Source: Spirochaetia bacterium
GTDB taxonomy: Bacteria > Spirochaetota > Spirochaetia > UBA9216
Reading direction: 5' to 3'
Length of the DNA stretch: 64,000 nucleotides
Assembly (NCBI GenBank): GCA_963675665.1
Contig: OY776510.1
Coordinates: forward strand, 4,800,001-4,864,000
In this document: positions 28,415 to 38,133 of the stretch, piece by piece
Position numbering within the stretch: the first letter of the stretch is position 1
Layout: each line of letters opens with the position of its first letter
The notes under the pieces: model-generated
Seen by the model: the letters and a program-made list of their open reading frames with translations, nothing else
Told to the model about the DNA's origin: nothing
The model's database searches: none
Made by a program: the position numbers and the translations under genes

Positions 28415-29899
28415 TCAATCCCTGAAAAGATCGTAATAGGGATCACCGACATACATAATATGGTTCTTGACTTTAAGATATTCCAGTAATCCTTCCATTC
28501 CGTCTTCACGGCCAATCCCGCTGTTGCGATTTCCCCCGAAAGGAGATTCTATATTTGACATCGCGCTGGTATTCATCCAGACAGTTCCCGCATCCAGCTT
28601 CCCGGCCGTCCAAAAAAGTTTTCTGGGGTTCTCACTGAAGATAGCGGCACCAAGGCCGAAGCGGGTTGCATTTGCCAGCTCTACAGCTTCTTCCAGATCA
28701 CTGTATTTTGTTACAGCAAGAACGGGGCCGAAAACCTCTTCATGAAAAATAGTCATTTCGGGCGTGACTTCATCAATTATTGTAGGAACATAATAAAACC
28801 CTTTATTGTACGGCGGCTCAGTCAGCATATAACCTCCACAGCGAAGTCTCGCCCCCTGAGCTAAAGCCTGTTTAACATGAGCATCAACTGAATCCTGCTG
28901 ACTTTTATCAATCAGGGATCCCATCTGCGTATTATCATCAAGCGAATCGCCCAACCTTATCGCCCCCACTTTTTCTTTCAGCGCGTCCATAAATCTGTCG
29001 TAGATCTTTTCTGACAGCAACAGCCGGCTTGACGAACAGCAGACTTCCCCCTGATTCATACAGAAACCGAGAGTTACACCGCTCAATGCGCCTTCAAAAT
29101 CGCAGTCAGGCTCAACAATAGCGGGGCTCTTTCCCCCCAACTCGAGGACAAGTTTCTTAATCATACGGGCTTTTGATGAGGCTTCCATTAGTCTCCGTCC
29201 AACAGCTTCACTTCCGGTTAAAGCAACGATGTTAACATTATCACTTGCAAGCAGCGCCTCGCCTACAACAGATCCCGGACCTGCGACTGCATTATATACA
29301 CCGGCGGGAACACCTGCTTCAATAAAAATCTCTCCGAGGATCTGGGCTGTTACAGGCGTTTTTACAGAAGCTTTACAGACAACTGTATTACCGGCAGCAA
29401 GCGCCGGAGCAATTGAGCGGGTAAGCAAATGAAGAGGAAAATTCCACGGAGATATGCAAGCCGTTACCCCGTAGGGTTCATAAGTTACATAATCGAATTT
29501 TTCCTTTCCGGGTATATGAATTACCTGACCGCGCAGCATTTTAATTGCATCAGCATGAAACCGGAAAGCACGGGATGATAACGGGATATCTATTATACGG
29601 CATTCCCTGACAGGCTTTCCGGTATCCATAGCTTCCCAACGACTCATTTCCTCCGCTCGTTCGTCTATAAGATCTGCAACACGATGCAGAAAGGATGAAC
29701 GTTCATCAATCTCCAATTCCGACCACACCCCGCTTTTAAAAGCGTTTTGGGCCGCCGATGCCGCCCTCTCCGCATCTTCTGCTGTAGCCTTTGCAAGTTC
29801 TGCAATTGGTTCGCCATTACAAGGATTGATCGAAAAGAAGGTTTCACCCTTTGCCGCATCCTGCCATTGATTATTAATCAACAGTTTAAATTTTCTCAC
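28415..29899 (-). CDS. NAD(P)-dependent aldehyde dehydrogenase
   Basis: PWNFP, TGS, LELGGKSP, NQGEVC, EEVFGP, PFGG; GTG start at 29899 behind AGGAG. Confidence 0.93.
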   Translation of the reverse strand: MRKFKLLINNQWQDAAKGETFFSINPCNGEPIAELAKATAEDAERAASAAQNAFKSGVWSELEIDERSSFLHRVADLIDERAEEMSRWEAMDTGKPVRECRIIDIPLSSRAFRFHADAIKMLRGQVIHIPGKEKFDYVTYEPYGVTACISPWNFPLHLLTRSIAPALAAGNTVVCKASVKTPVTAQILGEIFIEAGVPAGVYNAVAGPGSVVGEALLASDNVNIVALTGSEAVGRRLMEASSKARMIKKLVLELGGKSPAIVEPDCDFEGALSGVTLGFCMNQGEVCCSSSRLLLSEKIYDRFMDALKEKVGAIRLGDSLDDNTQMGSLIDKSQQDSVDAHVKQALAQGARLRCGGYMLTEPPYNKGFYYVPTIIDEVTPEMTIFHEEVFGPVLAVTKYSDLEEAVELANATRFGLGAAIFSENPRKLFWTAGKLDAGTVWMNTSAMSNIESPFGGNRNSGIGREDGMEGLLEYLKVKNHIMYVGDPYYDLFRD

Positions 29900-29983
29900 T
29901 TTACAACTCCTTTCGGCAGCTATAAAAGTCCTTCCTGAAACCACCACCAATATAACGCCATTTGAAAATATAGTTCAATAACT

Positions 29984-30017
29984 TTGACAAGTATATCATT
30001 TAATTGTATACTTTGTA
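29984..30017 (+). promoter_or_regulatory. sigma70 promoter of second kduI with overlapping candidate operator
   Basis: TTGACA-N17-TATACT; ATTGTATACTTTGTA at 30003. Confidence 0.6.
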
Positions 30018-30038
30018 AAATATATTTCAGGAGACAAC

Positions 30039-30869
30039 ATGGAAATTCGGCACCCGATACATCCCGAACACGGGAAAATCCTTAACACATCATCACTCAG
30101 AAAAGAATTTTTAATAGATGATCTTTTCGAAAAAGATAAACTCAAACTTGTATACAGTCATATTGACCGGATAATTATCGGAGGGCTGAACCCGGTACAT
30201 AATCCACTTCGCCTTGAAGGCGGAAAAGAGACAGCAAGTGAATTCTTTTTCGAAAGGCGCGAAGGCGGCGTAATTAATATCGGAGGAAACGGCAGAATAA
30301 CCCTTGACGGCGAAACCTATACACTCGGAAACCTCGACGGTCTTTATATCAGTCGCGGAACAAAAGATATTATCTTCTCAAGTGAAAACCCGGCAGCTCC
30401 GGCAAAATTTTATTTTCTCTCCGGTCCCGCCCACAAAACATATCCGTCCCGAATCATTACGCTTGATGAAGCCGCCAGGGTTGAACGGGGTACTGAACAA
30501 TCATGCAATAAACGAATAATATATCAATTTATACATCCGGATGTACTTGATACATGCCAACTGTCAATGGGCCTTGTACGTTTTCAGGGAAATTCTGTCT
30601 GGAACACAATGCCCGCGCACACACATGAACGTCGGATGGAAGTATATTTCTATTTTGATATGGCAAATGATACGGTTGTATTTCACCTGATGGGAGAACC
30701 GACCGAAACCCGTCATATCGTAATGCGAAACGAGCAGGCGGTAATTTCTCCAAGCTGGTCAATCCATTCCGGAGTCGGTACCAACAATTACTCATTTATC
30801 TGGGGCATGGTCGGCGAAAACCAGGTTTTCGATGATATGGACTGGATTGACATGAAGAAGATTCTGTAA
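30039..30869 (+). CDS. kduI: 5-dehydro-4-deoxy-D-glucuronate isomerase, second copy
   Basis: Same motifs and length (276 aa) as 10930..11760. Confidence 0.93.
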   Translation: MEIRHPIHPEHGKILNTSSLRKEFLIDDLFEKDKLKLVYSHIDRIIIGGLNPVHNPLRLEGGKETASEFFFERREGGVINIGGNGRITLDGETYTLGNLDGLYISRGTKDIIFSSENPAAPAKFYFLSGPAHKTYPSRIITLDEAARVERGTEQSCNKRIIYQFIHPDVLDTCQLSMGLVRFQGNSVWNTMPAHTHERRMEVYFYFDMANDTVVFHLMGEPTETRHIVMRNEQAVISPSWSIHSGVGTNNYSFIWGMVGENQVFDDMDWIDMKKIL

Positions 30870-30953
30870 ATATAAAACAAAAAGAAAAATTCTTGTAATT
30901 ATTTTTAAATATTGTATATTTTAGTACAAGATTAGTTATCCTGCGAGGCAACA

Positions 30954-31604
30954 ATGAATAATTTTGATTTTATAAAATATTCTATTCAAACTAAAACACT
31001 GCCCGATCAGGTATTTGATTATATCAAGAATATGATAATGAAGCTGGAACTTAAACCTGGCGAAAAGATCCCCGAAGACAGGATTGCAGAAACACTGGGC
31101 GTCAGCAGAACTCCCATTCGGGAAGCAATTCTCAAACTGGAGCAATACGGTATTGTCGAGGTAGCGCCAAGGCGATTTGCCCGGGTTGTTAAAATTACTA
31201 CTGAGGCAAAACACAATCTCGGGGAGATTCGTATTGCAATCGATTCAATATCCGTTAAACGGCTTGCAAAAATTGCTACAGAAGAACAGTGTGAAGTATT
31301 AAGAAAAATCGCTGACGAATGTATAGCCCTTTCCGAAAGCGGGAACATGGTTGAACTCTTCGAGCGCGATTCGGATTTCCATCTAACCATGGCTAGAATG
31401 TCGGGGAATCCCTACCTTGAAGAAATAGTAAAGAGTCTGACCTTAAAGGTTCAGCTTATGCTGGCAAATTCAACCGAGAGCATCAGATATTCAAGAACAG
31501 ACAAGTCCTCACATTACCGTATTATAGAAAGTATCGGCGCTCATGAACCGGAAAAGGCTGTTAAGCAGGCTGTAGATCATCTTTCAAACTTTTATTTTAA
31601 TTAA
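30954..31604 (+). CDS. GntR family regulator, close paralog of 26721..27386
   Basis: IQTKTLPDQ, LGVSRTPIREAI, HNLGEIRIAID shared with the paralog. Confidence 0.92.
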   Translation: MNNFDFIKYSIQTKTLPDQVFDYIKNMIMKLELKPGEKIPEDRIAETLGVSRTPIREAILKLEQYGIVEVAPRRFARVVKITTEAKHNLGEIRIAIDSISVKRLAKIATEEQCEVLRKIADECIALSESGNMVELFERDSDFHLTMARMSGNPYLEEIVKSLTLKVQLMLANSTESIRYSRTDKSSHYRIIESIGAHEPEKAVKQAVDHLSNFYFN

Positions 31605-31613
31605 AAACAGAGG

Positions 31614-31641
31614 ACCCCTGAAAACCGCAGTTTTCAGGGGT
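31614..31641. terminator. Stem-loop between convergent genes
   Basis: ACCCCTGAAAAC-CGCA-GTTTTCAGGGGT. Confidence 0.65.
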
Positions 31642-31684
31642 GGTTTAAATCGGATGAAATTTATAAAAACATCAGCTTCCGCTG

Positions 31685-32557
31685 CTATTGTGAAACAGAT
31701 GTCCATGCTGATTCTATTTGGGCTCTAAAAAAACGCAAAGCTTCACCGGCGGCTTTCTCCGGATTCTGCCACGGTTTTCTCCATAATGCCAGAGCACCGG
31801 TGATATCGTCATTCTGAATTTCATTGGAGAAAGACTCCCAGGTAAACCCGCCGTTATAGCCTGCTCTGGCAAGGGCTTTAAAATACCCTGTGAAATCAAA
31901 TGTGCCGCTTCCGGGACATCCCCGATTACTTTCTCCGACATGAGCATACCCTAAAACATCTTTTGTTGAGTCTATGGAACCGGCAATATCTTTTTCTTCA
32001 ATATTCATATGGTAGGTATCCATCTGAACAAACATGTTGTCAGGATCAACCTTTCGTACAATATAAGCAGCCTGTTCAAGGGTATTAATGAAATTTGATT
32101 CATACCTGTTCACGGGCTCAATCCCCAGTTTAATTCCGGCTTTAACGGCTTTTTCGGCCAATCTTCCGTAAGAATCTATTACCCGGGCCAAAGCTCCCTT
32201 GTCAGGAAGCGTCAAATAACGATGCAGTGCGGAGTATGTGACTCCGCCTAAAACGGAAGCACCCATATCTCTTGTAATATAGATAGCGTCTTCAACAAAC
32301 TGTTCGCCCCTTTTGGCTGTTTCAATGTCAGTACTGGAAATATCCGATTCAGTATTCAATGCCATCCCTGCCGTTACTCCAATTCCTGTCTTTTCGGCAA
32401 TCTCTGCAGTCATTTCTGCATCTGTTGTTGACGGATCAAAAATACAGACTTCAATAATATCAAATCCTATTTCCGCTGCTTTTCCCATTGCAATCTCAGC
32501 ATTCGCTCTTGTCCAATCCGGCACAAGCACCAGATTATGTATTCCAATTTTATTCAT
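31685..32557 (-). CDS. Ketose 3-epimerase family protein (D-psicose/D-tagatose/L-ribulose 3-epimerase-like)
   Basis: EPVNRYES, MDTYHMNIEE, HVGESNRG.PG.G, ESFS. Confidence 0.85.
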   Translation of the reverse strand: MNKIGIHNLVLVPDWTRANAEIAMGKAAEIGFDIIEVCIFDPSTTDAEMTAEIAEKTGIGVTAGMALNTESDISSTDIETAKRGEQFVEDAIYITRDMGASVLGGVTYSALHRYLTLPDKGALARVIDSYGRLAEKAVKAGIKLGIEPVNRYESNFINTLEQAAYIVRKVDPDNMFVQMDTYHMNIEEKDIAGSIDSTKDVLGYAHVGESNRGCPGSGTFDFTGYFKALARAGYNGGFTWESFSNEIQNDDITGALALWRKPWQNPEKAAGEALRFFRAQIESAWTSVSQ

Positions 32558-32574
32558 ATCAACTCCCACCTGAT

Positions 32575-33591
32575 TTATCTTGATTTGTTTTTCCCTATAA
32601 TTTCGCGGATTGTTCTTCCCCAGATATCAATTGCAACTGCAATCAGAATTATTCCCCCGATTGTCAATGACTGCATTGAAGTGGAGACCGCGTTCAGATT
32701 AAGACCGTTTTGGACTACTACAATAATCAGCGCTCCAAGCAAAGTAGAAAATACCCTTCCCTTTCCTCCGGAGAGACTTGTTCCGCCGACAATTGCTGCA
32801 GCGATTGCCTGTAATTCAAGTCCGGTACCGTAATTCGGAGAACCTGAGTTCAGCCTGGCAGCAAGTAATATTGCGCCTACAGTAGAACAAAGTCCGGCAA
32901 TAACAAACGAAAGAAATCTTACTTTTTTCACGCCAATTCCGGACAGATTGGCGGCTGAATCATTTCCTCCGACTGCATATATTTCTCTGCCAGATTTTGT
33001 ATAATTCATTACAATAATGAAAAAAGCATATAAAATGATTACATATATCAACGGCAACGGAAGACCGGCAAGTTTCCCGTAGAACAGCTGCCCAAGCTGG
33101 GTAGATAATGAAAAAACCGGTGTTCCGTCGCCAATAGTTAATGCCAACCCTTTAAACCCGCTTAAAGCCGCAAGCGTTACAATAAATGCAGGTATTCTGA
33201 CATAAGCAACCAGAAATCCGTTGAAAGCCCCAAGTCCGGCGCCGAAAAGAAGCACCAGAGGAATGGAAATCCATAAACTAAGACCTTGCAGCTTAACCAG
33301 GGCGGCAAGGCTCATTGTAAGAAATGCAACCATCGACCCGGGACTAAGATCAATCCCGCCCGCCAGAATTACTATTGTCGATCCTATTGCTACAATAGAC
33401 AGTATACTTACCTGCAAAGAAATGTTACGAAAATTTGTCCAATCAAGAAACGACGGGGTTGTAACTGACAGCACAATGCCTAAAACAATAAGAGCCAGCA
33501 ACGGTCCGATAAAATCCGCTTTACCTATCTTTTCAAGAATTGTTTCATTTTCTTTTATCTTTTTCTCAAGAACCGGTTCTGCAACGTTCAT
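32575..33591 (-). CDS. Sugar ABC transporter permease
   Basis: GGIDLSPG, PAFIVTL, ELQAIAAAIVGGTSLSGGKG. Confidence 0.92.
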   Translation of the reverse strand: MNVAEPVLEKKIKENETILEKIGKADFIGPLLALIVLGIVLSVTTPSFLDWTNFRNISLQVSILSIVAIGSTIVILAGGIDLSPGSMVAFLTMSLAALVKLQGLSLWISIPLVLLFGAGLGAFNGFLVAYVRIPAFIVTLAALSGFKGLALTIGDGTPVFSLSTQLGQLFYGKLAGLPLPLIYVIILYAFFIIVMNYTKSGREIYAVGGNDSAANLSGIGVKKVRFLSFVIAGLCSTVGAILLAARLNSGSPNYGTGLELQAIAAAIVGGTSLSGGKGRVFSTLLGALIIVVVQNGLNLNAVSTSMQSLTIGGIILIAVAIDIWGRTIREIIGKNKSR

Positions 33592-33622
33592 TCTATTCTC
33601 CTGCTCATGCTATCTTCAGCTG

Positions 33623-34405
33623 CTAAAAAGCAGACCTTATTACGCCGCCTTCACAGCGCTGCGCACTTCCGTTTGCTATCGGGTTTGCAGCAAGTGAAAC
33701 AACGGCTCGTCCGAGGTCTTTCGGGTCAATAAGATGCTGCAGAAGAGAACTCGGCTCGCTTTCGATAAAGTAGTTTTTCAAAACATCTTCTACAGTTGAT
33801 TTTTTCTGATCAGCCATCTCCTGGAAATATGTCTGGACAGAATCAGTGGCCGAGGGGCCAGGCATAAGAGTATTAACCCTGACGTTTGTTCCTTTGGTTA
33901 ACTCGGCAAGTGCCCTTGAAACACCTAGCTGAGCGCTTTTCGACATAGAATAATGGGCCATCCATCCAATCGATTTAACGGCTGCATCACTGGAAATAAA
34001 AACAATCGAACCGGAATCTCTTTTCAACATATCTCTTAAAGCAATCCTGCTTATCCGCACGCCGGTCATGACATTCACATCGAAAAACTCAAACCATCGT
34101 TCATCTTTTATCTCAAAGAAATCAACACTTTCGAAAATTCCTATATTATTTACCAGATATTCAACCGGTCCGAATTCTGATGCAAAAGAATAAAGCTTTT
34201 CGCAATCCTCAATCTTCGTCAAGTCTGCAACAATACCATGCGCTCTTGAACCTATTCCTGCTATTGCCTCATCAATTTTGGATTGGTTTCTTCCGTTAAC
34301 AATGACTATAGCCCCTTCATCATGAAAAGCTCCCGCAATAGCTTTTCCAAGGCCGGAACTGCCTCCGGTTACAATAACTACTTTATTATCCATATTAAAA
34401 TCCAT
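33623..34405 (-). CDS. SDR family oxidoreductase
   Basis: TGGSSGLG, VNNIG, HYSMSK. Confidence 0.88.
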   Translation of the reverse strand: MDFNMDNKVVIVTGGSSGLGKAIAGAFHDEGAIVIVNGRNQSKIDEAIAGIGSRAHGIVADLTKIEDCEKLYSFASEFGPVEYLVNNIGIFESVDFFEIKDERWFEFFDVNVMTGVRISRIALRDMLKRDSGSIVFISSDAAVKSIGWMAHYSMSKSAQLGVSRALAELTKGTNVRVNTLMPGPSATDSVQTYFQEMADQKKSTVEDVLKNYFIESEPSSLLQHLIDPKDLGRAVVSLAANPIANGSAQRCEGGVIRSAF

Positions 34406-34435
34406 AATATAATCCTCCGTTTACTGGTTTTTTCT

Positions 34436-35965
34436 TCATTTCACCGCTTCAGCGACTTTTTTACTGATGGCATCAGTTGAGGCCTGAACAAGATGTGTAT
34501 GGTTTACTTTTGACGAATCCATAATTTCAACTATTGAGCCGTTTGAAACAATTCCGATTCTATCAGTCATGGCAATAAGTTCGTTATGATCGGAACTGAT
34601 CAGAATTACTGCCCTGCCTTCTTTTGTAAGCATATTTATAAGATTATAAACAGCAATTTTTGCTGCAATATCAATACCCTGTGTAGGTTCATCAAGAATT
34701 ACGACTTTTGAATTAGCAAATAACCAGCGGGCTATTACTATTTTTTGCTGATTACCACCTGAAAGCAGGCTTACAACTTTATTTTCCGCTGATGGAGTTA
34801 TCTGTAATTCTTTGATATATTTTTTGCATACACTGCCTTCAATTCTTTTCTGCAGAATGTTAAAAGACAATAATTTCCTTATAGCTGCCGATGTAATGTT
34901 TGGGCCTCCGGTAAAATTAAAAAACAGTCCATCAGATTTCCTGTTTTCCGGCAGCAATGCAATACCATTGTTTATTGACCTTCTGATTGTGCTGTTGTTT
35001 ACCCTTTTCCCTTCTATATAAACAGCACCGCTTTGAACAGGATCGGCACCAAAGACTGCTCTTGCTATTTCCGTCCTCCCGGAACCGATTACTCCACCCA
35101 GACCGAAAACCTCGCCTTTATAAACTTCAAAACTCACATCCCGCGCACCGCCGCTGCTTGAAATTGAGTCTACAACCAGCATCTTTTCATCTGACACGTT
35201 CCTTACCTTGGGATAGTGTTCTTTTACTTCATCTCCCACCATTTTTTTGACAATATAATCAATATTGAGCGCCGTTTCTTCTGAATTACTTACTACCATA
35301 CCGTCTTTTAAAATAGTAATTGTGTCTACCAGTTCTAAAACTTCATCCAGCCGATGTGAAATATAAAGTATTGCAACACCATGCTCCTTCATTCTTTTTA
35401 AAAGCAAATGCAGTGCTTCAATTTCACCTTGGCCGATGGCAGTAGTCGGTTCGTCCAGAATAAGCAATTTTGCATTTATCGGGATTACCTTGGCAATCTC
35501 CACCAGTTGTTGTTCAGCAACAGATAAATTTTCTACAAGAGCATCAGGAGCTATATCTATTTCTAATTTATGCAGCACTTCAGTTGCTTTTCGCTTCATC
35601 AGTTTCCAGTCAATCAGCCGGCTTCCGCTTTTCCTGCAGGGATTGCCTAAAAAAATGTTCTCTGCAACTGTCAACGTCGGGACAAGGGAAAATTCCTGAT
35701 ATACGGTTGCAATACCCTTCAGTCTGGCCATGGACGGGTTTTCCATCTGGATGCTTTCACCGCTATAGATAATCTGACCGCTGTCGGGTTGATTTACACC
35801 TGATAAAATTTTTATCAGTGTTGATTTTCCGGAACCGTTTTCACCCAAAAGGCCATGGATTTCTCCCGGATAAAGAGACATCGAAATATCATAATTTGCC
35901 CTGACCCCGGGATAGATTTTTGTAATATTCTTTAATTCAACTATAGGAGCAACTTCCCTATCCAT
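34436..35965 (-). CDS. Sugar ABC transporter ATP-binding protein
   Basis: GENGSGKST, LDEPT, LSGGNQQK; start set at ATG 35965 behind GGAG. Confidence 0.92.
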   Translation of the reverse strand: MDREVAPIVELKNITKIYPGVRANYDISMSLYPGEIHGLLGENGSGKSTLIKILSGVNQPDSGQIIYSGESIQMENPSMARLKGIATVYQEFSLVPTLTVAENIFLGNPCRKSGSRLIDWKLMKRKATEVLHKLEIDIAPDALVENLSVAEQQLVEIAKVIPINAKLLILDEPTTAIGQGEIEALHLLLKRMKEHGVAILYISHRLDEVLELVDTITILKDGMVVSNSEETALNIDYIVKKMVGDEVKEHYPKVRNVSDEKMLVVDSISSSGGARDVSFEVYKGEVFGLGGVIGSGRTEIARAVFGADPVQSGAVYIEGKRVNNSTIRRSINNGIALLPENRKSDGLFFNFTGGPNITSAAIRKLLSFNILQKRIEGSVCKKYIKELQITPSAENKVVSLLSGGNQQKIVIARWLFANSKVVILDEPTQGIDIAAKIAVYNLINMLTKEGRAVILISSDHNELIAMTDRIGIVSNGSIVEIMDSSKVNHTHLVQASTDAISKKVAEAVK

Positions 35966-36004
35966 TTCTGAAACTCCGTTAAAATTTGAAAAATCCTGAA
36001 ATAT

Positions 36005-36030
36005 CTCCTGCAGGGAGTTCCCTGCAGGAG
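36005..36030 (-). terminator. Stem-loop downstream of SBP gene
   Basis: CTCCTGCAGGG-AGTT-CCCTGCAGGAG. Confidence 0.6.
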
Positions 36031-36038
36031 CAATATTA

Positions 36039-37130
36039 CTAATACTTTTTTGAGGGCAAAGGATACAGATCCTCCGGCACTTGCAGAATTGCCTTGGCAT
36101 TATCTTTATGTACTATTGTTGTAGGTGTATTTACAAATCCGCCGGTTGTTTTCTTGTTAAGAATATCGATTGCAAAAGCTGCTGCCATTCTTCCCATAAT
36201 TACCGGAGAAGTATTTGTTGTTGCATCCATTCCTCCGGCATAAATATCTTCCAGAGCACCTGTATCACCGTCATAACCGAGGATGAATATATCATCACGG
36301 TCAAGTTCGGTTGCCGCCAGAGCTGCGCCGAGAGCCATATAATCGTTTGCAGCAAAAAGAACTTCAATTTCAGGATGCGCCTGGATTGTATCCATTGCTG
36401 CTGTATTTCCTTTTTCTACGCTCCAGCCGCCGTTGACGCTTGATACTATTTTCCAGTTTGTTCCGTTTACACCGTCGACAAACCCGCCTACTCTTTCAGT
36501 TGAAAGATATCCCGGTTCTCCTTCAAGTACAGCACATTTCCTGGGGCCTGATCCTTTGACTTCCATTGCCCAGTCTGCAAGAGCATGATTTGCCCCACGC
36601 TGATTAACTCCGATTACACCGTGAACAGGAGTCGGAAAATTGGGAATGTCAGAGTTTATGATAATAAATGCCTTTCCGCTGTCTACTGCTTCCTTTACCA
36701 GAGGTGCTAAAGCAAACTCATCAAAGCTGATTAAAATAATTGCATCAACATCTGATCTGGCTGTAACATCCTGAAGCATACTCATCTGACCAGCCAGATC
36801 CGAACCTGAATACGGAGAAAGAATAAATGAATCAAGCATATCGTTTGTTTCAGTTATATCTTTAATCCCTTCAAAAAGAGCCAGATGATAATTGAATTCC
36901 GTTCCCATCGGCAGATAAGCTATATTAATCTTGCCTCCGTCATATGCTATCGTATCAAGCGCAGCCTGAGCACCATCCTGCAAAGGAGTCGGAGCCGGAT
37001 AATTCTGAGACACTTCAATCGGACCTGTTGAAACATCTCCCGCCTTTCCTGTTTCCTGCGCTCCGTTCGCCATAAGAACTGCAGGAAGCAGCAGCAAACC
37101 GATAACCAAAATAATACTTAAACGCTTCAT
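36039..37130 (-). CDS. Sugar ABC substrate-binding protein
   Basis: LMANGAQE signal end; ERVGGF, ANDYMA, GYDG. Confidence 0.9.
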   Translation of the reverse strand: MKRLSIILVIGLLLLPAVLMANGAQETGKAGDVSTGPIEVSQNYPAPTPLQDGAQAALDTIAYDGGKINIAYLPMGTEFNYHLALFEGIKDITETNDMLDSFILSPYSGSDLAGQMSMLQDVTARSDVDAIILISFDEFALAPLVKEAVDSGKAFIIINSDIPNFPTPVHGVIGVNQRGANHALADWAMEVKGSGPRKCAVLEGEPGYLSTERVGGFVDGVNGTNWKIVSSVNGGWSVEKGNTAAMDTIQAHPEIEVLFAANDYMALGAALAATELDRDDIFILGYDGDTGALEDIYAGGMDATTNTSPVIMGRMAAAFAIDILNKKTTGGFVNTPTTIVHKDNAKAILQVPEDLYPLPSKKY

Positions 37131-37280
37131 ATATTCCTCCTATACCGCGTTTTCATGCAGACACACCTTTAGTATGGTGTTCTGCTGTTGGACAACACCT
37201 ATAAATCAGATTTTTAATATTTATTATTTTTAAAATCTTTTACTTTTGCCTTGCCGTCAGGAAAAGCATAATACCGTAAA

Positions 37281-38075
37281 TTACAATACAGTCCTAATAA
37301 GCCCGCCGTCGCACCTGATTGCTGCCCCGTTTGTTGCAACAGCCAGCGGACTGCAAAGATAAGCTATTAAAGATGCAATCTCCATAGGCTCAATCAGCCT
37401 TTGTATCAGAGAGCTTGGTCTTCCGTTCTTAAAGAAATCTTCTATGCATTCTTCAAGCCCCATACCGGCATTTTTCGCAAGCTGCTCAAAAAATACAACA
37501 AGACCTTCTGTTCTTGTCGGACCGGGGAGTACCGAGTTGACCGTAACATTAGTATTTGCAGTAGTTTCCGCCAAACCTCTGGACAGAGCAACTTCCGCAG
37601 TTTTTGTCATACCGTAATGAAGCATATCAGGCGGAATATTCACTGCTGATTCGCTTGCAACAAATACAATTCTTCCCCATTTTTTCTTTTTCATGGCAGG
37701 GAGGTAATTTCTTGCGGTTTTTATACCCGTCATTACATTTACCTCAAACAGCCTCCGCCAATCTTCATCAGGAATATCTTCAAAATCTTTCGGTTCAAAT
37801 ATTCCAAGGCTGTTTACAAGAATGTCGACTTCAGAAACCTGTGCAGTCAATTTCTCCATTCCGGCCATAGTAGTGATATCAGCTGCCACTCCGGAGACTT
37901 CTGCAGCCTTAACTTCTTCCTTTATCTTTTTTACAGCCTTGTCAAGATCTTCCTGTTTTCTTCCGTTCAATATTACAGCACAACCTTCCTGAGCCAGAGT
38001 ATATGCTGCTGCGAATCCGATTCCTTTCGTTGAACCGGTTATCAGTGCTTTCTTTCCTTTAATCTGTAAATCCAT
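37281..38075 (-). CDS. SDR family oxidoreductase, paralog of 33623..34405
   Basis: TGSTKGIG, GIFE, HYGMTK, VNSVLPGPT. Confidence 0.88.
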   Translation of the reverse strand: MDLQIKGKKALITGSTKGIGFAAAYTLAQEGCAVILNGRKQEDLDKAVKKIKEEVKAAEVSGVAADITTMAGMEKLTAQVSEVDILVNSLGIFEPKDFEDIPDEDWRRLFEVNVMTGIKTARNYLPAMKKKKWGRIVFVASESAVNIPPDMLHYGMTKTAEVALSRGLAETTANTNVTVNSVLPGPTRTEGLVVFFEQLAKNAGMGLEECIEDFFKNGRPSSLIQRLIEPMEIASLIAYLCSPLAVATNGAAIRCDGGLIRTVL

Positions 38076-38133
38076 TCTCTTCCCCTTTTTTATCGTATTT
38101 ATCACTACTCATAATTTAAGTGATATTCTCCAT

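Noticed and set aside
35966-36100. Long N-terminal extension of the ABC ATPase in the ORF track
   Set aside because: Runs through a hairpin and the SBP gene; a better RBS-supported start is at 35965. Similar trimming was applied at 3776, 29950, 51866 and 54517
37157-37185. Weak hairpin upstream of the SBP gene as a possible riboswitch
   Set aside because: Short imperfect stem with no recognisable aptamer features
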